A stretch of 64,000 nt of DNA from Sphyrna mokarran (taxonomy: Eukaryota). The notes under the pieces were generated by a model. It saw nothing but the letters and a program-made list of their open reading frames with translations, ran no database searches and was not told the origin of the DNA. Positions within the stretch are counted from its first letter, which is position 1; each line of letters opens with the position of its first letter. The position numbers were made by a program, and so were the translations under genes. Shown one piece after another: positions 62,331 to 64,000 of this stretch. The stretch spans positions 44,950,001 through 45,014,000 of the forward strand of contig JAGIQG010000011.1 in NCBI GenBank assembly GCA_024679065.1. The letters run 5' to 3'.

Positions 62331-63355
62331 GCCAATGAATCTTCAGAAATTCTATGAAATAATTAAGTTCCTATATGAAGATTGAAAAATGAACTACAAT
62401 TTATTAGAATTTTCAGGAGGCAATTAGTAGAGTATTGTATGTGAAGTGTCCATAAAAGCAACAACAATCCACAGAAACAATGGTTAATAAGTTAATTGAT
62501 ATTGAAAAATTGCTTCACAATAGAAAGCAAAAGATGATGAATGAAAAAAGCTCTGTTGAATTCCCCAGAAGTTTAAATCTTTTGTAGCTGACATGGAATA
62601 GAATACTTCCAGCACAATAATACAAAATTTCTCGAGAAACTCTAGCTATACAAACATGTGGTTAGTATTAACAGCATTTCAAGTGATTTGGTTTGATTAA
62701 TTGGATAGGGCAGAGAAAAGTAGCTAGATTTTGCAAAGTACATATTTTGGAGCAAGAAATATTTTGACAAAATAAATAAGTGCTACTTTGGATAAATCTC
62801 ACAGCACCTGCTACTTCTTGGAAATCTCCCACCAAAGTATTAATCCAGCTCATTTAGCTATTAAAATCAACTATTAGAAAGCTCATTTGTGGTAAGTGGT
62901 CTCAGGCAAGAGAAGACTTTCAGTCTCTCTCGCCCATCCATTCAGAGTATTCCCTTGGTGCGCTCATTATAATCCTGAATGCCATTTGATGACAAGACCT
63001 GTCTAGTTCCTTCTTGAAACCAATTAAAGTTTCTTGTTTCCAGCACCCATACCAGTAGTCTGTATTCCACATACTTAGAACCCTTTAGGAAAATATTTCT
63101 CCTGACTTCCTCTTGTTATCCTTAATTTATAAATATAATCCTTTATGCTCTGGCTCTGTACGTAGCAAAACAGTTTACTTGGATTCAATTTGTCCAAACC
63201 ATTCATAAATCTTAAATATTTATATCCCCTCTCAGTGTTTTCTAAGAGAAAAAAATCCATCTTTTAATCTTTCAAAAGCAAAATACTGCAGATACTGAAA
63301 ATCTGAAATAAAATCAACAGGTCAGGCAGCATCACTGGAGAAAAACATAATTAAC

Positions 63356-64000
63356 GGGCATAATTTTCCAATTTTCAGATCGGGCCTGGTGGTGTCTTTC
63401 CCACTTGCCAGGTTCTGTGCTTGGAAATTCATTAATTATGCACAGTGAGTTCCTCTCTGGTGAGCCAGCAGCTGGTTCATCTGCCTAGCATCAACTGGCA
63501 GGTTTGAAGATCCTGCCTCAATATTTAAATATGAGTCCATTACATTTTTATCACTCTCTATAGCACTCTTGTCTTCATGAGGTCCTTCAACATGTCTGGA
63601 ATCCAGAAGCAAAAGGCACCACCCTTTACGTGCCCTCAAGGCCCTTATACAGCATGCCTGGGCCCACTGATATATTCTGTACCCCACGGACAGCTCAAAG
63701 CAGCACATGAACCTTATGTCTCTGGCTTGGGAGGCCCAGGAGGTCAGTGTTGTTACCATCTACCTGTGAAGCACCATCCAGTGCAGGAAGCAGATGAATG
63801 ATCTTATCCACTCTGCCAAGATAAGGCTTCTCTCTGCTCCGTCCACTATCGAACTCTCACATGGCATCAGGTTCTCAAATGGCTATCCTCTTTACAGATC
63901 TCATACATCTCTTGCACAACTGAATGTATCAAAATTTACACTCTCAACAAGACTTTCACAACACTACCATCTCATCTGTCTTACTGATCAAACTCCAATC
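63356..64000 (+). mobile_element. Harbinger-type element with Myb/SANT gene remnant (runs off the window)
   Basis: GGGCATAATTTT terminus-like start. Across frameshifts it reads KAPPFT..LKALIQ...SLAWE..QEVS...STIQCRKQMNDLIHSAK (~63610-63820), typical of the Harbinger Myb/SANT ORF. Confidence 0.55.

Noticed and set aside
38847-64000. Further METAP1D exons (e.g. the GYHGDTSETF exon)
   Set aside because: No matching peptide was found by eye or in the ORF track. They probably lie beyond 64000, though a missed short exon cannot be excluded.

Overview
Vertebrate DNA, almost certainly from a shark or other elasmobranch judging by its repeat families; the species cannot be fixed from sequence alone. 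The window holds the complete convergent Dlx2 (+, CDS 3455-4593, 267 aa) / Dlx1 (-, CDS 13927-12231, 253 aa) homeobox bigene cluster. The intergenic region contains the I12b enhancer, and a probable I12a is split by a 212-N gap. The last four coding exons of the syntenic neighbour METAP1D follow (-, 38846-26696); its upstream exons were not found. From about 3 kb to 27 kb the DNA is nearly transposon-free and retains CpG. The rest is METAP1D intron filled with decayed CR1, L2, Rex/Babar, L1-like, V-SINE, DeuSINE, Harbinger and Ginger2-like elements. The genes are a well-known locus, so any novelty is non-coding. Best leads: (1) mirror-image purine-rich low-complexity arrays (1.8 kb including an insert, and 6.6 kb) abutting both Dlx core promoters; (2) a full-length, remodelled U2 snRNA-derived element; (3) two diverged copies of a ~150-nt structured element in adjacent METAP1D introns; (4) a Ginger2-type transposon fossil. 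Family assignments rest on recalled consensus motifs, not database searches. Repeat and enhancer boundaries are approximate.
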